Positions 23,530 to 32,177 of a DNA stretch of 64,000 nucleotides are shown here, one piece after another. The position numbers and the translations under genes are program-made. This DNA is from Escherichia phage phT4A. How positions within the stretch are numbered: the first letter of the stretch is position 1; every line of letters begins with the position of its first letter. The stretch lies in the sequence record NC_055712.1. One strand, given 5' to 3'. The notes under the pieces are model-generated. The model ran no database searches. It was not told where the DNA came from and saw nothing but the letters and a program-made list of their open reading frames with translations.

Positions 23530-23735
23530 TTAAATTAGATCTTGAATTTATAAATGATTTATGATAAAATTTATTAATTATAATAATTATAGATCAAACA
23601 ATTTTTGAAATCAAGTAAAAATAAATTTGATTTTATAAATTAGATCATGTATAATTATTCTTTTAATAATATATTATATTAGATCAATTTAAATTTGACT
23701 ACTAATTAATATAGTATATTATAGATCAACTGGGT
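23530..23735. repeat. AT-rich intergenic region with five spaced TAGATC(A/T) iterons (GATC at 23538, 23592, 23643, 23682, 23724)
   Basis: Five copies of the same 7-mer at 39-54 bp spacing in a roughly 85% AT stretch upstream of uvsY. Confidence 0.6.
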
Positions 23736-23752
23736 AAATTGGTGAGTATGTT

Positions 23753-24172
23753 ATGAGTTTGAAATTAGAAGATCTACAAAATGAACTTGAAAAGGATATG
23801 CTGATAGATCCCCTCAAGTTGCAATCAGAATCAGCGGATATCCCGAAGATTTGGGCTAAATGGCTTCGATACCATTCAAACGCTAAGAAAAAATTGATCC
23901 AACTTCATGCGAAAAAAGAAGCTGATGTGAAGGATCGTATGTTGTACTACACCGGAAGGCATGACAAAGAAATGTGCGAAGTGGTGTATACTGGGACTAC
24001 TGAAATTAAAATCGCGATCGCTGGGGATCCGAAAATTGTAGAAACCAACAAGCTGATCCAGTATTATGACATGGTGGTAGATTTCACCAGCAAAGCACTG
24101 GATATCGTCAAAAACAAAGGATACTCTATCAAAAACATGTTAGAGATCCGTAAATTAGAAAGTGGTGCATAA
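23753..24172 (+). CDS. uvsY: recombination mediator protein UvsY
   Basis: 139 aa; LEDLQxEL(E/K)KD, LQxExAxxxxxxxKWL, RxxYYxGR, DxxKxKGxxIK pattern matches T4 UvsY. Confidence 0.9.
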   Translation: MSLKLEDLQNELEKDMLIDPLKLQSESADIPKIWAKWLRYHSNAKKKLIQLHAKKEADVKDRMLYYTGRHDKEMCEVVYTGTTEIKIAIAGDPKIVETNKLIQYYDMVVDFTSKALDIVKNKGYSIKNMLEIRKLESGA

Positions 24173-24348
24173 TGTCTACTGAAAATGAAAAATGTGTAGT
24201 GTGCAAGTGTCCGGTTCCTTCTACTGGTTTTGTGACTGAATCTGGGCGCGTGTGTAGTACTATCTGTGCTGACTACATCGCAGAAAAAACAAAAAACGGC
24301 GAGATCAACGAATCCGATGATCTGAATGAAGTTCAAATGTTGCTGTAG
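24172..24348 (+). CDS. small zinc-ribbon protein (uvsY-adjacent small ORF, 58 aa)
   Basis: ATG overlaps the uvsY stop; CVVCKC...CSTIC cysteine pairs; below the track length cut-off. Confidence 0.45.
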   Translation: MSTENEKCVVCKCPVPSTGFVTESGRVCSTICADYIAEKTKNGEINESDDLNEVQMLL

Positions 24349-24592
24349 GAGGATCTTATGATTGGATACGGTGAAGGAATTACAGATCGTGATGAACATC
24401 CTGATTTTTAGTGCATAAATACTAGCGTACCCGAAAGGGGCTTGATAAAAGAATGCTGGATGATAGGCGTACTCTTTTGCGCCGTCCGATGGAGTTTACC
24501 TTCGGCGGGGTGATTGATAATATACCTTCGATCAAGGGCATGTGAATAGAATAGCCAGAATAGTACAGCACTGGCGTTAAGCAAATGTACAA

Positions 24593-24618
24593 AAGCCCCT
24601 TCCTTTCGGTTGGGGCTT
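24593..24618. terminator. bidirectional terminator between the convergent uvsY operon and uvsW.1
   Basis: aagcccc / ggggctt stem flanked by an A tract upstream and a T tract downstream. Confidence 0.65.
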
Positions 24619-24622
24619 CTTT

Positions 24623-24856
24623 TTAGAACTTTTCTTCTTCTCCGCTTTCGAGTTCGGCCTTTAATTCTTCGGCTCGACCTTTCAGCGCATCGCGCATAGA
24701 AATATCGTCTGACGGCGCAACATCAACTTCTTTTACACGATTTTTGTAATATTTTTCAAGCTCTTTAAGGCCGTCCATAGTACGGCAAGAGGCGACCTTG
24801 CTCATGAAATCATCAATAGCCGCCTCATAAAGTCGAAAATCGTTGAAACTCTTCAT
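24623..24856 (-). CDS. uvsW.1: UvsW.1-like small protein
   Basis: 77 aa ORF immediately downstream of uvsW on the same strand, as in T4. Confidence 0.7.
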   Translation of the reverse strand: MKSFNDFRLYEAAIDDFMSKVASCRTMDGLKELEKYYKNRVKEVDVAPSDDISMRDALKGRAEELKAELESGEEEKF

Positions 24857-24864
24857 TTTGACCT

Positions 24865-26364
24865 CTAAATTTCGATTTGTTTGATCACGTAGTCAAACTT
24901 TTCTTCATTGTAAATGCGTACTCGTTCGATTGCGTGTTTCATACCATAGTTTTTGTATGAATATTTATTTTTAGCATTTTTGGACTTTGCCAGCGTTGCT
25001 AAGTTATCAACCAAATCCCAAACAGTAGCAAGAGATTTAGAATCATGTTTACGCAGTACGCGCCCAATTGACTGTTTGACTATAACAGCAGATTTGCAAG
25101 GATGTCCGAAGATGATGTGATGCAGGTTCTTGACAGAAATACCTGTACTCAGTACACCAATAGAACCGATTACGATCAGTCCCTTCGTTGATTCCGCGAT
25201 CCGTTTCATTTCGTTTCGCTCATCAATCCCCGTTTCCCCAGAAATGTATACAACGTTGTCATATACCTTTTTGAGTTGCTCATACAGCCATTTACCATGT
25301 TTGATCTGATTGAACATCACAAACACGTTTTCATCTTTTTCCCTTGCCAGTTTCAACGCCAGCTTACAGATCCATGCGTTACGCCTGGTATGCGATGTTA
25401 TATACTTGATTTCGCTTTGGTAATCGGCCCCCTTCATTTTCTTAATCTCATCCTCTTTGTATCTCATGAAGATGGTATTAATTCGAAGGTTGGTAACTTG
25501 ACCTTCCTGCATCAACCGATTTGTATCAACTGGCTTGAAGATTTGACCAAAAGCGCCAATGTATTGCATCATGTTTGCTTTGCCTTCTTTCAGAGAACCA
25601 GAAAGGCCAAACTTGAAAATACACTGATCCATTGTGTTGATGATCTTCTGTATGCTTTGTCCTGTTGATTTGTGGCATTCATCCACCATCAAACACATGA
25701 ACTGTTGAAACCACTCAGGAGGCATTTTAACAGCCGATTGCCACGTAGACACGTAGATCAATGCATTACTGTTTTTAGCAGTTCCTGAACGTATTCCAAG
25801 CATTGCCTCGCGAGGTAAAAGGCGATAGTTGACAATATCACCGATCATCTGATCAACAAGGGCGGTTGTTGGGACAATGATTAGTACTTTGCCTGTGTAA
25901 TTTTCCAGACACCAACGAGATATCAACCCCTGGATAAGAGATTTACCCGCTGACGTTGGGAGGTTAAGCACAGCACGGCGGTTTTTAATCGCATGGAACA
26001 CCGATTGTTTTTGATACCAATACGGATCAATCTGCTTGTTTCCGTCGTATACTGGGTGTTCTTCTAACCACTTGTCAAAATCTGGCTGGGTAATTTCTTC
26101 TGTTTCGTGGATCTTAGGATCCATCCAGATAGAATACCCGCGAGACTCCGCGAATTTTGTTACAAGATAGGCTAAACCGTAGGGCAGTTTCCCGTTATAG
26201 TCCATCAAGTATATGTAGCCGTTCCATCCACCATATTTGTATTTTGCCTGGTACTGATAACCTGGCGGCTGGAAGCTGAAATAGTCGCGCAATTCATAGA
26301 CTATGTTAGCCTCTGCCTGAATCTGCACATGACTAGTGTTAAGGAATTTGACTTCGATATCCAC
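24865..26364 (-). CDS. uvsW: UvsW DNA/RNA helicase (SF2)
   Basis: 499 aa; co-linear with T4 UvsW: FSFxxxGYxxxxxYxxGxWxG, NLPTSAG(K/R)SLIQ, IIVPTTAL, DECH, FGLSGSL, SIGRVLRKH. Confidence 0.95.
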   Translation of the reverse strand: MDIEVKFLNTSHVQIQAEANIVYELRDYFSFQPPGYQYQAKYKYGGWNGYIYLMDYNGKLPYGLAYLVTKFAESRGYSIWMDPKIHETEEITQPDFDKWLEEHPVYDGNKQIDPYWYQKQSVFHAIKNRRAVLNLPTSAGKSLIQGLISRWCLENYTGKVLIIVPTTALVDQMIGDIVNYRLLPREAMLGIRSGTAKNSNALIYVSTWQSAVKMPPEWFQQFMCLMVDECHKSTGQSIQKIINTMDQCIFKFGLSGSLKEGKANMMQYIGAFGQIFKPVDTNRLMQEGQVTNLRINTIFMRYKEDEIKKMKGADYQSEIKYITSHTRRNAWICKLALKLAREKDENVFVMFNQIKHGKWLYEQLKKVYDNVVYISGETGIDERNEMKRIAESTKGLIVIGSIGVLSTGISVKNLHHIIFGHPCKSAVIVKQSIGRVLRKHDSKSLATVWDLVDNLATLAKSKNAKNKYSYKNYGMKHAIERVRIYNEEKFDYVIKQIEI

Positions 26365-26434
26365 TATGTGTATCCTATATACGGTTTATATGAATATTTA
26401 TAGGCTAAATAATGATAAACATTGGAGAACTACA

Positions 26435-27058
26435 ATGAGTATTGATTACGAAAAGGTTGAAGGTTTCAAAGCCTTAGAACAAAAAGAAGCCAAATTACAG
26501 CTTGCTACCTACGCGCAAGAAACGTTTGATGTCAAACTGAACCGTCAGAAGTCATTCGAAAATATGCTTGCTGATCTGGAAGCTGCCGTACCGGAAGAAA
26601 AACCGGAACTGTTGATCGACTCCCCTGATCCTGAAATTGTTACATACGAAGGTGAACCATCTGTTCCTGATGTTGTTATTGATGTGACTAACGATTTCAT
26701 GGATTACGTTAAAGAGGTTGCTCCGGAAATCGCAGACCAGATTGAAATTGTTCCCGACGCTCTACAAGCTCCTGTAAGCGATTCTGAGACGGTTTCTGAT
26801 GAACTGGCATGGATGGAAGGGTTTACCCCGTCTATCATCATGATGGGCCGCTCTGTTTCGAATACTGGCTTTTATACGTGTCCGTATTGGATCTATGATT
26901 GGATGAAACAAAATCCGGATTGGTACAAGCATCCTGATGGTTGCCCTCATTATTCAGCGCGTCAAACCCTCAAGTCGCTGGCATGGTACATGCACCGTGA
27001 TGGGATGGTTACTGTACGCGAAACCAGAAATAGCCAGTTCGACACGTTCAAAAAATAA
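26435..27058 (+). CDS. hypothetical protein (acidic N-terminal half, Cys/His/Trp-rich C-terminal half)
   Basis: 207 aa ORF with GGAG RBS 9 nt upstream of the ATG at 26435; divergent from uvsW; no family recognised. Confidence 0.55.
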   Translation: MSIDYEKVEGFKALEQKEAKLQLATYAQETFDVKLNRQKSFENMLADLEAAVPEEKPELLIDSPDPEIVTYEGEPSVPDVVIDVTNDFMDYVKEVAPEIADQIEIVPDALQAPVSDSETVSDELAWMEGFTPSIIMMGRSVSNTGFYTCPYWIYDWMKQNPDWYKHPDGCPHYSARQTLKSLAWYMHRDGMVTVRETRNSQFDTFKK

Positions 27059-27071
27059 TTTTAAAAAGTAG

Positions 27072-27100
27072 TTGACCTTACCCTGCTGTTCGAGTATATT
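27072..27100 (+). promoter_or_regulatory. sigma70-like early promoter (TTGACC-N17-TATATT)
   Basis: Near-consensus -35/-10 pair with 17-nt spacer about 50 nt upstream of the 27151 ORF. Confidence 0.5.
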
Positions 27101-27150
27101 TGTATTCGAAGGCGGGGGAATGGCTCTCGCAGTGAAGAAGGAAATACAAA

Positions 27151-27462
27151 ATGAACATGATGAAAAATGCTTACTACCCAGTTCTGTTTGTTTGGACTAA
27201 TGGTGAAGTTAAGAAAATAGTCAATTCTAAAGCTCCTTATTACACTGTAGGTGAAGCACTTCGCCACGCTGCGGAAGCAAATTATCCTGTTCATGCTGAA
27301 CCTGGTTATGCTCGTTGGAACGGTTCTAAATGGGTTGCTGATACCTGGGACAACTACGAAGAAGAAAGAATGGAGTGTGATCCTGATTACGTATCTCGTC
27401 AAATGGAAGCTCATATGATTGCAGATCGTAGACTGGATAATGAAGCTCGCGGATTTTATTGA
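27151..27462 (+). CDS. hypothetical protein
   Basis: 103 aa ORF with RBS, followed by a terminator; no family recognised. Confidence 0.5.
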   Translation: MNMMKNAYYPVLFVWTNGEVKKIVNSKAPYYTVGEALRHAAEANYPVHAEPGYARWNGSKWVADTWDNYEEERMECDPDYVSRQMEAHMIADRRLDNEARGFY

Positions 27463-27469
27463 TTAACAA

Positions 27470-27492
27470 GGGGCTACGGCCCCTTTTCTTTT
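27470..27492 (+). terminator. rho-independent terminator (ggggc-tacg-gcccc + T tract)
   Basis: GC stem-loop plus ttttctttt. Confidence 0.65.
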
Positions 27493-27501
27493 AGGTGAAA
27501 T

Positions 27502-28071
27502 ATGAACTTAAATCACGAATGTTTAAAAGATTTGAGCGATGGTAACGAGATTGGTAACGTTATTTTTCTTGATATCGATGGCGTTCTAAATAATATGCGG
27601 TGCATGAAATTTGGTGAACATATGGACATCGAATGCGCACGACACTTACGCCGGATAGTGAATCACGCTAATTGTGATATCGTCATTTCCTCTACGTGGA
27701 GAATCGGCAACAGTACCCATAATCTACGTGAAATATTTTATCCGTGGGGATTGTATCGGATCATTGGTAAAACTTGCACTAACTTCCCTCATAGCACTGG
27801 AATGCGTGGTGATGAAATCAAGGCATGGATCGATACTTTCGGATGTAAAAACTATCTCATTCTTGATGATGACACCGATATGCTTTCTTCACAAAAAGAT
27901 CATTTTATTAACACTGATGGGTTTGTTGGGTTGACCGAAGAACAATCCACTTATGCGATCCGTAACATTTTCGGGGTTACTACTCCGTTTTGTCCTGAAT
28001 GCAATGGGTATGGACGTGTTAACGGCTACGACAAATGCGGAACGTGTAACGGTAAAATACTCCGGCTATAA
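27502..28071 (+). CDS. HAD-superfamily phosphatase-like protein with C-terminal zinc ribbon
   Basis: 189 aa; HAD motif I VIFLDIDGVLNN near the N-terminus, ILDDD later; CPECNGYG...CGTCNG at the C-terminus. Confidence 0.6.
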   Translation: MNLNHECLKDLSDGNEIGNVIFLDIDGVLNNMRCMKFGEHMDIECARHLRRIVNHANCDIVISSTWRIGNSTHNLREIFYPWGLYRIIGKTCTNFPHSTGMRGDEIKAWIDTFGCKNYLILDDDTDMLSSQKDHFINTDGFVGLTEEQSTYAIRNIFGVTTPFCPECNGYGRVNGYDKCGTCNGKILRL

Positions 28072-28074
28072 ATA
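28067..28074 (+). promoter_or_regulatory. late promoter box TATAAATA upstream of the hoc-like gene
   Basis: Exact TATAAATA 25 nt upstream of the ATG at 28100. Confidence 0.55.
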
Positions 28075-28099
28075 CCAATAAACATAAGAGGTTAAATTT

Positions 28100-28633
28100 A
28101 TGGCAATTCCTTCTGTAACAATTAGCGCCAACAAAAACGAACTTTTGATTGGTGAAACTTTGACCTTAGAGGTTAAAAATACTGAACTAGATCCGGGTGA
28201 TGTGTTTCTGGCCTACCGTTGGCAAAAAGATGGTGTAGATATTCCAGGCGCAACCGCCGATACTTACACAACTACGGTTGACGGTACAACTGCTGGTGAT
28301 TATACCCTGATCTTAAAACACGGTGCTGATGAAGAATCAGCAACAGAAACCACGTCAGATACAATCACCGTGACCACTTATTCTGATGATCTCGTTTCTA
28401 AATGGACGGTTCACCCGATTCCGTGGCGTGATACCAGCTTTACCCCGATCGGTTATTGGGTACTTGATGAAATTCTGTATCAGAAAGCACAGGGTAAAGA
28501 TTGGAAAACTGATTATGCTGATTACAAGTATAGTGAGGAAGTACAAACGATCCTGAAAGCGTTCATGGAAAACGGTGAATGTGAGATCCAGGATTCACGA
28601 AACGGCTATATTCATAAAATGAGTGAAATCTAA
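28100..28633 (+). CDS. hoc: mini-Hoc: one Ig-like domain + Hoc-type capsid-binding C-terminal domain
   Basis: 177 aa; N-terminal Ig-like segment (YRWQKDG..GATADTYTTTV..GDYTL); C-terminus HPIPWR..S....GYWV(L/M)DEI...GKDWKTD...(Q/I)(D/E)SRNGYIHK resembles the T4 Hoc capsid-binding domain. Confidence 0.7.
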   Translation: MAIPSVTISANKNELLIGETLTLEVKNTELDPGDVFLAYRWQKDGVDIPGATADTYTTTVDGTTAGDYTLILKHGADEESATETTSDTITVTTYSDDLVSKWTVHPIPWRDTSFTPIGYWVLDEILYQKAQGKDWKTDYADYKYSEEVQTILKAFMENGECEIQDSRNGYIHKMSEI

Positions 28634-28643
28634 GAGGCTTTAA

Positions 28644-28919
28644 ATGGCAACTGAAAAATGGACTACGGTTCATCCTATTCCGTGGAGAAATACCAGTTTT
28701 ACATATCTTCCATACTGGCTATACGATATTATCGTTGATGCTTTTGAGAAAGGCGACGACTGGCGCGATTATGCGGAAGAAAAATATAAATTAGAGTTTG
28801 ATACTCTGAAAGAGGCGTTTGAAGATTATGGTGATATTCATGTAATCGAATCTCGTAATGGTAAACTGGTTAGTCTGTTGTCATTGACTCCTGCTCCTGA
28901 ACCAGATCCTGACCAATAA
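28644..28919 (+). CDS. Hoc C-terminal (capsid-binding) domain paralog lacking an Ig domain
   Basis: 91 aa; KWTTVHPIPWRNTSFTYLPYW..DDWRDYAEEKY...IESRNGK is paralogous to the C-terminal half of the preceding gene. Confidence 0.6.
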   Translation: MATEKWTTVHPIPWRNTSFTYLPYWLYDIIVDAFEKGDDWRDYAEEKYKLEFDTLKEAFEDYGDIHVIESRNGKLVSLLSLTPAPEPDPDQ

Positions 28920-28932
28920 AATAAGGCAAACA

Positions 28933-29451
28933 ATGAATACACTTCTTTTTGATTTCGACGACACTTTAGCAGAATTTTCTCAGACTTTTTATGATAAGTT
29001 CGGTGTACGTCCGGAAGGAACGCCAAAAGAACGATATGACGAAATGGCGGCTTCTTTGGTGCGTACTGATTTTTATAAAAACCTTCCCCGTATTCAGGCT
29101 GGGATTGACCTCCTTCAATGGAGTTTCCAACGCCGAATCGGTGATCCTGCTACTTTGCTGCTTCGCGCGGAAGCGGTCAGCCCTCTTTGGGTTATGAAAG
29201 AAAAACTGAACTATACAGATAAGATTTGCGCTGAACTGGGGATCCCTCGTCTCGATTTTAGTCGCATTGACTATCCGGAACAGTTCGCAGAACATGCCTA
29301 TCGTGGTGTTCTGATTTCCCGCAACCAGAAACATCTTGAAATCTGGAACAATTCTCATCTAGCTAATAAAGTTCCTGGTATTTTCCTTGCGGAAACCCTG
29401 GAAGAAAATATTCAGCTAGTCACGGAAGCGCTTGCAAAGGCTAATCAATAA
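28933..29451 (+). CDS. HAD-superfamily hydrolase-like protein
   Basis: 172 aa; N-terminal LLFDFDDTLAEF (DxDx(T/V) motif I). Confidence 0.5.
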   Translation: MNTLLFDFDDTLAEFSQTFYDKFGVRPEGTPKERYDEMAASLVRTDFYKNLPRIQAGIDLLQWSFQRRIGDPATLLLRAEAVSPLWVMKEKLNYTDKICAELGIPRLDFSRIDYPEQFAEHAYRGVLISRNQKHLEIWNNSHLANKVPGIFLAETLEENIQLVTEALAKANQ

Positions 29452-29458
29452 CAAAAAA

Positions 29459-29485
29459 GGGAACCGCAATGGTTCCCTTTCTTTT
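29459..29485. terminator. bidirectional terminator between convergent genes (gggaacc-gcaat-ggttccc + T tract)
   Basis: 7-bp GC stem, A tract upstream, T tract downstream. Confidence 0.6.
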
Positions 29486-29948
29486 ACAATCTTTTTAATT
29501 CATCAAGCGCTGTTTTCTTATCACCAACAAAGAGGATTGCTTTACCTCCTGCTTTTCTGAAAGGCAACACCGCTTTTGCCCGATCGTCAAACAGAATTCC
29601 TTTACCAGCGAATGCTGCTTTTTCATGGCTACTTTTAACGTAGTGGAATTCTGGAACGTAACCCAATACTTTTTGTAATGCTTTACGTTTTTGTTCGGCA
29701 ACACCGTCAGAATTGAATTTACCGACACTGGTTAGTATTGCTACATCACCAAGTGTTCTTAAATGATGGAATAATTCAAATCCTTCTTTGATTGGTTCCA
29801 GATTTTCGTAGAAATCAGTTTTGGCAATTTTTGCTTTGCACTTTTTCAACTCATCTTCTGTCATCATAGAGGGTTCGCCATACATTGGCACAAATGAACC
29901 TTCCCAGTCGAACAATACACCATCCATATCAAAGAAAAACTTATTCAT
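29484..29948 (-). CDS. HAD-family 5'(3')-deoxyribonucleotidase-like phosphatase
   Basis: 154 aa; FFFDMDGVLFDW at the N-terminus, characteristic of NT5C-type HAD nucleotidases. Confidence 0.6.
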   Translation of the reverse strand: MNKFFFDMDGVLFDWEGSFVPMYGEPSMMTEDELKKCKAKIAKTDFYENLEPIKEGFELFHHLRTLGDVAILTSVGKFNSDGVAEQKRKALQKVLGYVPEFHYVKSSHEKAAFAGKGILFDDRAKAVLPFRKAGGKAILFVGDKKTALDELKRL

Positions 29949-29997
29949 ATCAATTCCTCAGTTTGTGTATGCATACTATAATGTTTAATCATTAATG

Positions 29998-30837
29998 TCA
30001 ACCCCAAGTGTCAGTTTTCGGTGCGTATGCTGCAACTTTAGCCACAATTTCCTTATCCAGTTCAGCTACAGATTTCTGAGGCTTACCACGGGCTTTAACT
30101 TTGATGTAGTTTGACTTAACAACAAACATCCCTTTGTTACTTGATTTCTTGATCTCGCTATCAACACCAACTTTGTTAAAGCTGATCCAAATGTCGCCGT
30201 CCATATACTGTTTAAGAGAATCACCCATGTTCAGGATCTTCGCCATAGTAAGGGCCGCGCCTTCGTGGGTATCCATGAGAATTTCTTTAGGAACTACACG
30301 ATCGCGTTTCTGGTTCTGCTGCATAGCAATATGCACATCGTTCATAACCCATACGATATGTACGTTTTCTTTTTTGTATCCCAGCGTTTCGACATCACGT
30401 GCGATGCTTGCCAGCTTGCTCATGCCTTTTAACGTTACGTCAAAGATGAGGTTAGGTTTACGATCTTCTGGTGCTGCCATAATACCGGAATAAACACGGT
30501 TTTGGTTTTTGTTGGAAATGTTGAAAACGTCGGCGATCACATGATGGAGGGTAGATACGTTTTCTGGGTTTTTGAGGTTCATTGTTTTGACATCATGACC
30601 CGTTTGTTTCTTGATCTCTGCTGCGAGTTTATCGCTACCCATTACAAGTTTTTTCAGGGCGTCAACGTCCAGGGTAATACCTTCGATGCCTAGCAGTTTT
30701 TCCAGTGTGAATCCTTTACCGGAACCAGCACCGCCAGCCAGAATAACAACCTGACCGAACTTAGGATAAGCACGGCCCCCGAAGGTGATCAGCGCTTCGG
30801 TTAAGGTGCTTTCTGTGAATTGTTTAAATGACTTCAT
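29998..30837 (-). CDS. glycine-rich-loop nucleotide-binding protein, NMP-kinase-like (function unknown)
   Basis: 279 aa; VVILAGGAGSGKGF resembles the adenylate/NMP-kinase P-loop (GxxGxGKG), later hhhhD (LIFDV) candidate Walker B. Confidence 0.5.
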   Translation of the reverse strand: MKSFKQFTESTLTEALITFGGRAYPKFGQVVILAGGAGSGKGFTLEKLLGIEGITLDVDALKKLVMGSDKLAAEIKKQTGHDVKTMNLKNPENVSTLHHVIADVFNISNKNQNRVYSGIMAAPEDRKPNLIFDVTLKGMSKLASIARDVETLGYKKENVHIVWVMNDVHIAMQQNQKRDRVVPKEILMDTHEGAALTMAKILNMGDSLKQYMDGDIWISFNKVGVDSEIKKSSNKGMFVVKSNYIKVKARGKPQKSVAELDKEIVAKVAAYAPKTDTWG

Positions 30838-30869
30838 GTAAAATTCTCCAGTTTATTTTCTATTATTTA

Positions 30870-30899
30870 TTGACATGCTTTCTGACAGTGGTGTATGGT
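30870..30899 (+). promoter_or_regulatory. sigma70-like early promoter (TTGACA-N18-TATGGT)
   Basis: Consensus -35 and acceptable -10 in the divergent intergenic region upstream of the 30952 ORF. Confidence 0.4.
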
Positions 30900-30951
30900 T
30901 ATGGTGTTCGACGGATAGGCCGGAAGAACTTTAAACCATAAGGTATACGAT

Positions 30952-31827
30952 ATGAAAATCAATTTACATCGCTTCATTGTAGAATTTTCCCGCGACCGCG
31001 ACATGGACTCTTTCAACTACTACTCCCGTGAAATTGAAGATCGTTTTGCGGCTCATGTTGGGTTCCGTCGCCACCATACTCCTAAAATGCGCCCTGACCA
31101 CGATCCGAAGTATAGCCCTATCACATGGCAAGCCCCGATCAATGGTTACGTTGAAGGGATCCGGATCATGACTTTTAACGCGATGTATGGAAACGCTTTG
31201 ATCCATATTGCACGTGAGAAAAGGGCAGAATTCCCTAACGGCTGGCGTATTGATGAAGTGATTCAAACCCTTATGCAGTTACGACGTGAATACAAAGCTG
31301 GTATGTGTCTGCGTAATGAACAGTATCCGATGTATAAAACGTATGCCTATATCTCTAAGCATCTAATTAATTCCATGTTTTACATCGTTGGTAATCATGG
31401 TTCCGCTATAGATATCGGTTCTTATGAAATCGTGGCTTATGCTCGCGAACAAGGAAAGGCCGCTGCACTGAAAATCATTGAATCTGGTGCTATCATTCTT
31501 AACCATCGCATTGATACTATTGCTTACTATGGCGATCAGGTTGAGGTTGAAGGCGTACACCATGAACGATTCAACAAAGCCGTATTTGCTAAAAATGGTT
31601 ATGCTTATGGTAATGACATTATAACTTCTGCTATTCCTTTCGTTCGTCTAACTGTTGAAGGATTTGGAGAAAGGTTGCCTTATAAACTGTCAGAAGCTCA
31701 AATGTGTGCGGCTGCTGAAAGAATCGCCAAAAAGCGGAAAATGTATACCGATGAATACCTGGCGTATGTCAACAAGACAAAAGAAGATGTAGATCGAGAA
31801 ATTTCTTGCATGGATTTGTGCCTTTGA
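30952..31827 (+). CDS. hypothetical protein
   Basis: 291 aa ORF, no family recognised. Confidence 0.55.
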   Translation: MKINLHRFIVEFSRDRDMDSFNYYSREIEDRFAAHVGFRRHHTPKMRPDHDPKYSPITWQAPINGYVEGIRIMTFNAMYGNALIHIAREKRAEFPNGWRIDEVIQTLMQLRREYKAGMCLRNEQYPMYKTYAYISKHLINSMFYIVGNHGSAIDIGSYEIVAYAREQGKAAALKIIESGAIILNHRIDTIAYYGDQVEVEGVHHERFNKAVFAKNGYAYGNDIITSAIPFVRLTVEGFGERLPYKLSEAQMCAAAERIAKKRKMYTDEYLAYVNKTKEDVDREISCMDLCL

Positions 31828-31859
31828 TATAATGTAAGCATCTTTTAAAGGGAGGATGC

Positions 31860-32177
31860 ATGAAAACGATACATTGCAGAAATGAAAACGTTGTTTACTA
31901 TCACGGTTCGTGTACTGCTGCTGGTATTGAAAGCATGTTATTGCCTCCCTGTGATTCTGATACTCTGTCTGAAAAAGGCAGGAAGAAAAATTTAGACCGT
32001 GTTTTCTTTACCGCTGATATCGGGTTAGCTCGTATATACGCTGGAAGGGCCGCGCGTTCTATAGGTGGGGAACCTGTTCTGTACAGGGTTGTGTGTCCGG
32101 TTGATGTTGTATGCATGAACGAAGACAAAGGCGCGAGCGTTTACCATGCAGCATGGGCGTTTTGTGAGGAATTATGA
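31860..32177 (+). CDS. small ART-fold-like protein resembling the NAD-binding lobe of Tpt1/KptA RNA 2'-phosphotransferase (tentative)
   Basis: 105 aa; VYYHGS ... VFFTAD ... RIYAGRAAR...PVLYRV parallels KptA LYHGT ... VHLSAD ... ARKVGARHGSPVILTV. Confidence 0.35.
   Translation: MKTIHCRNENVVYYHGSCTAAGIESMLLPPCDSDTLSEKGRKKNLDRVFFTADIGLARIYAGRAARSIGGEPVLYRVVCPVDVVCMNEDKGASVYHAAWAFCEEL

Noticed and set aside
24420-24590. Possible tRNA or CRISPR-like element
   Set aside because: No tRNA T-loop or D-loop signatures and no direct repeats with spacers; no tRNA or CRISPR array was recognised anywhere in the window.
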